Shown here: in pieces, positions 39,990 through 42,242 of the stretch
How the letters are laid out: every line of letters begins with the position of its first letter
Numbering within the stretch: the stretch's first letter is position 1
From: a virus
Taxonomy: Duplodnaviria; Heunggongvirae; Uroviricota; Caudoviricetes
DNA: 42,242 bases
IMG/VR virus record: IMGVR_UViG_2657245570_000016
Direction: 5' to 3' (one strand)
Translations under genes and position numbers: made by a program
Notes under the pieces: model-generated
Database searches by the model: none
Seen by the model: only the letters and a program-made list of their open reading frames with translations
What the model was told of the DNA's origin: nothing

Positions 39990-40441
39990 TTAGCCCTCAC
40001 CAGAAAGTTAAATGCAATATTTCGCGGTCTGACGGCAACAAAATTCACACCATCACCCACAGAGTTACTGGTGAAATTAAATCGTGAAAATCCTGGCTGA
40101 TTTCCGGCGATACCATCATGAAAATTAATTGTGTGGCCCGCACCATCGCCTATATTCCCGGCAAACTGAGAAAAGTTTGTAGCTGCCTGCCAGCTTAATA
40201 ATTCGCGACCACCGTCTGCACCTCGCCCGTCATCCCAGATACGAATGAAATCACCGCGGGCTTCAGGTAATACCAGCGAAGGAAACACTTTCGCCAGCAC
40301 AGGGTAATCAGAGGCAGAAAATTTCGCCCCGTTAAACTTCAAAAACACCATACCGGACCAGCTGTCGATGACAGAATTTGGCATTGCAGCGGACGGCCAG
40401 AAGAACGGAACGCCAATAGCTGGGGCACCTTCTCCCAAACC
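39986..40441 (-). CDS. Alternative tail fibre C-terminal segment (Sv'-like; promoterless, expressed only after inversion)
   Basis: Open frame on the minus strand starting at the right inversion site; encodes a Gly-rich fibre-like C-terminus; no plausible own start. The ORF-track Met at 40483 lies outside the invertible segment. Confidence 0.55.
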   Translation of the reverse strand, partial: GLGEGAPAIGVPFFWPSAAMPNSVIDSWSGMVFLKFNGAKFSASDYPVLAKVFPSLVLPEARGDFIRIWDDGRGADGGRELLSWQAATNFSQFAGNIGDGAGHTINFHDGIAGNQPGFSRFNFTSNSVGDGVNFVAVRPRNIAFNFLVRAK

Positions 40442-40452
40442 AACGTTTATGA
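40429..40452. repeat. Invertase recombination site, right (hix/gix-like)
   Basis: CTTCTCCCAAACCAACGTTTATGA is the inverted copy of 38611-38634; lies 57 bp upstream of the invertase start. Confidence 0.6.
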
Positions 40453-40509
40453 AAATGCAGAAATAACGAGCAAATGGCATCATTCCTGCTTTTGTCAGAG
40501 GGATCCACT

Positions 40510-40824
40510 ATGCTTATTGGCTATGTACGTGTGTCAACAAATGACCAGAACACAGATCTACAACGTAATGCGCTGAACTGTGCAGGATGCGAGCTGTTTT
40601 TTGAAGACAAGATAAGCGGTACAAAGTCCGAAAGGCCGGGACTGAAAAAACTGCTCAGGACATTATCGGCAGGTGACACTCTGGTTGTCTGGAAGCTGGA
40701 TCGGCTGGGGCGCAGTGTGCGGCATCTTGTCGTGCTGGTGGAGGAGTTGTGCGAACAAGGTGTTAATTTTAGTAGTTATGTTATTACAGGTGGGGGATTT
40801 CTCCCCCTTATGCAGATTTTCTAG
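40510..40824 (+). pseudogene. Serine DNA invertase (Hin/Gin/Pin/Cin family), truncated after about 96 codons
   Basis: MLIGYVRVSTNDQNTDLQRNAL...DTLVVWKLDRLGRSV closely matches the Pin/Hin N-terminal catalytic domain; after EQGVNF the sequence diverges (SSYVITGGGFLPLMQIF*) into AT-rich DNA. Typical family members are about 185-190 aa. Confidence 0.75.
40787..40802. other. GC hairpin at the junction between the truncated invertase and AT-rich DNA
   Basis: GGGGGA-TTTC-TCCCCC perfect 6-bp stem, about 27 nt downstream of the stop of the minus-strand 281-aa gene. Confidence 0.4.
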
Positions 40825-40828
40825 TTAA

Positions 40829-41674
40829 CTATTGGCGAAGTGGCCATATTTTTCTGTTTTTTAAAAAACTATCTTCAACTATATAACTGCAACAATGTTC
40901 ACTAAGGCCATAAAAACTAATTATTCCATATTTATGAGAAGCTATATCAGACAGTTCTGCTAATACTGTGGCAAGCCAACGAGCGATGCTAAGAGAATAG
41001 AATCTTCCCCACTTTTGAACAATGGTATTTTGTCCAGTACGGATGGAGGCTGATATAAGGTCTTGCATAATGTTGGTACTTTCATTCATATACATGACCG
41101 TTGTATACGGTGAAAGAGTGGCATTGATAAACCTAGCATTTTCTTCAACACGTCTTTGTTCAACTGTATAATAATAATGTTTTTCAAGGATACTCTCGGC
41201 TACTTCTCCCCACCATTTATTAATAGGTTCATTATTGGTTAAATTGGGGCTGCTTAATGAGGAGAAATTTGCGTAACGTCCCCGTCGGGCATCAGCAAAG
41301 GAATCTAAACATTCAAGTATTTTGTAGGTAATTTTATGTGTAGGACGTGAATATCTCAGAGATAGTTGCATTTTTTTAGAAATACTATCAACCTCGTTGG
41401 TTAATTCAATGAGCTTATGTCCAAATTTTCTTACAATATTCTCATCAGGCATTTTCCCTTTGTGTTCAATGGCATAGTGTGCAACAAGTATTAGTTTAGC
41501 AAGTCTCTCAAAACCTACAGAAAGCCCAAAAAATGCTGTGTAATATTCACCTATTTTGTCTGCATAATTGGCTTTACCTATGGCTGTTGCCCCAGAACCA
41601 ATGAGCTGTGTAACTAAAGATGCTTCTCGGCCCAGAGCGTGCCATGCTGGAATATCCCAGGGATTTTTATTCAC
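40829..41674 (-). CDS. Hypothetical protein (281 aa), AT-rich cargo gene
   Basis: Long ORF in visibly AT-rich DNA; no motif I can assign confidently. Confidence 0.5.
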   Translation of the reverse strand: MNKNPWDIPAWHALGREASLVTQLIGSGATAIGKANYADKIGEYYTAFFGLSVGFERLAKLILVAHYAIEHKGKMPDENIVRKFGHKLIELTNEVDSISKKMQLSLRYSRPTHKITYKILECLDSFADARRGRYANFSSLSSPNLTNNEPINKWWGEVAESILEKHYYYTVEQRRVEENARFINATLSPYTTVMYMNESTNIMQDLISASIRTGQNTIVQKWGRFYSLSIARWLATVLAELSDIASHKYGIISFYGLSEHCCSYIVEDSFLKNRKIWPLRQ

Positions 41675-41801
41675 TTTATTATTTTCCTTTGCTCATAAAT
41701 TTAAATTGTTTGAGTATCTCATAAAATATAAGGAGATGGTTAAGGTTGTTGATCGCATATAATAGCTATTGAAAGTCAAGAACTCGGTTTTATGTTCTAC
41801 C

Positions 41802-41842
41802 ACTAATTAATATATTGTGAGTTTGACAATATATTAATTAGT
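41802..41842. repeat. Perfect palindrome (16-bp arms, 9-bp spacer) upstream of the 281-aa gene
   Basis: ACTAATTAATATATTG-TGAGTTTGA-CAATATATTAATTAGT; the arms are exact reverse complements. Confidence 0.6.
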
Positions 41843-41975
41843 ATGATCAAACCAGCCATCAACTGATTCCTTGTATCTTTCAGAGTCTCCAGAACAAAAG
41901 CCTTAACGAATTCCTTATTTGTGAGTGCCTTACCAAAAGCCCATTGTTGCAGGGAACGAGTATAAAACTCGCCAG

Positions 41976-42242
41976 CTACTGGAGCAGGCTACCTGATTGT
42001 CGATCGATTCCTGCGTCCATATAGTCGATGGTCTTCTGGAGCTCTTCGATTAGGGCAATAGCTTTTGCTCGAGAAATGCATATTAGTTGATCCGGAAATT
42101 CTTGTAAGGGCCAGTTTGGTATACAGGCCATGTTATCAGTGAAGGATGCAGACAAGTAAACTTCATTGGTAACTAGGGAATAGCTTACCTCAAAATTGGT
42201 GAGTTCCGGCAAACTGCTAACGTTTGATTCTTTTCTGCGCAT
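41976..42242 (-). CDS. Hypothetical protein (apparent Met is at the window edge; may extend beyond the window)
   Basis: 88-aa ORF whose ATG coincides with the last 3 nt of the window; AT-rich. Confidence 0.35.
   Translation of the reverse strand: MRRKESNVSSLPELTNFEVSYSLVTNEVYLSASFTDNMACIPNWPLQEFPDQLICISRAKAIALIEELQKTIDYMDAGIDRQSGSLLQ

Overview
The window is almost entirely one temperate prophage (about 40.5 kb) with lambda-like regulation and a contractile-tail (myovirus-like) structural module, inserted next to the host ferredoxin gene yfhL (1..261, minus strand). Gene order: integrase and AlpA-like excisionase; a leftward early operon (SNF2 helicase, VRR-NUC nuclease, family-A DNA polymerase, DUF2815-like, DUF2800/Cas4-like nuclease); a CI-like repressor and divergent Cro-like gene; prim-pol primase followed by an iteron-rich origin; Q-like antiterminator; lysis cassette (holin, lambda R-type endolysin, Rz with embedded Rz1); terminase, portal, head, sheath, tube, tape measure and baseplate genes; and a Hin/Gin/Pin-type invertible tail-fibre segment whose invertase is truncated. 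The most interesting candidate is in the early operon: two visibly AT-rich genes (3525..4442 and 5172..5933) that each carry a TIR-like / nucleoside 2-deoxyribosyltransferase-like domain fused to a different unrecognised domain, bracketing the phage VRR-NUC gene. I could not match this pairing to any named defence or anti-defence system. Other accessory candidates are an opposite-strand membrane protein (8108..8737), a zinc-ribbon protein beside the immunity region (11931..12500), a two-gene AT-rich cassette inside the tail module (34397..35241), and AT-rich DNA replacing the 3' half of the invertase (40829..41674). All calls come from reading the translations and sequence by eye; no database search, structure prediction or GC computation was run, and the right prophage boundary is unresolved.
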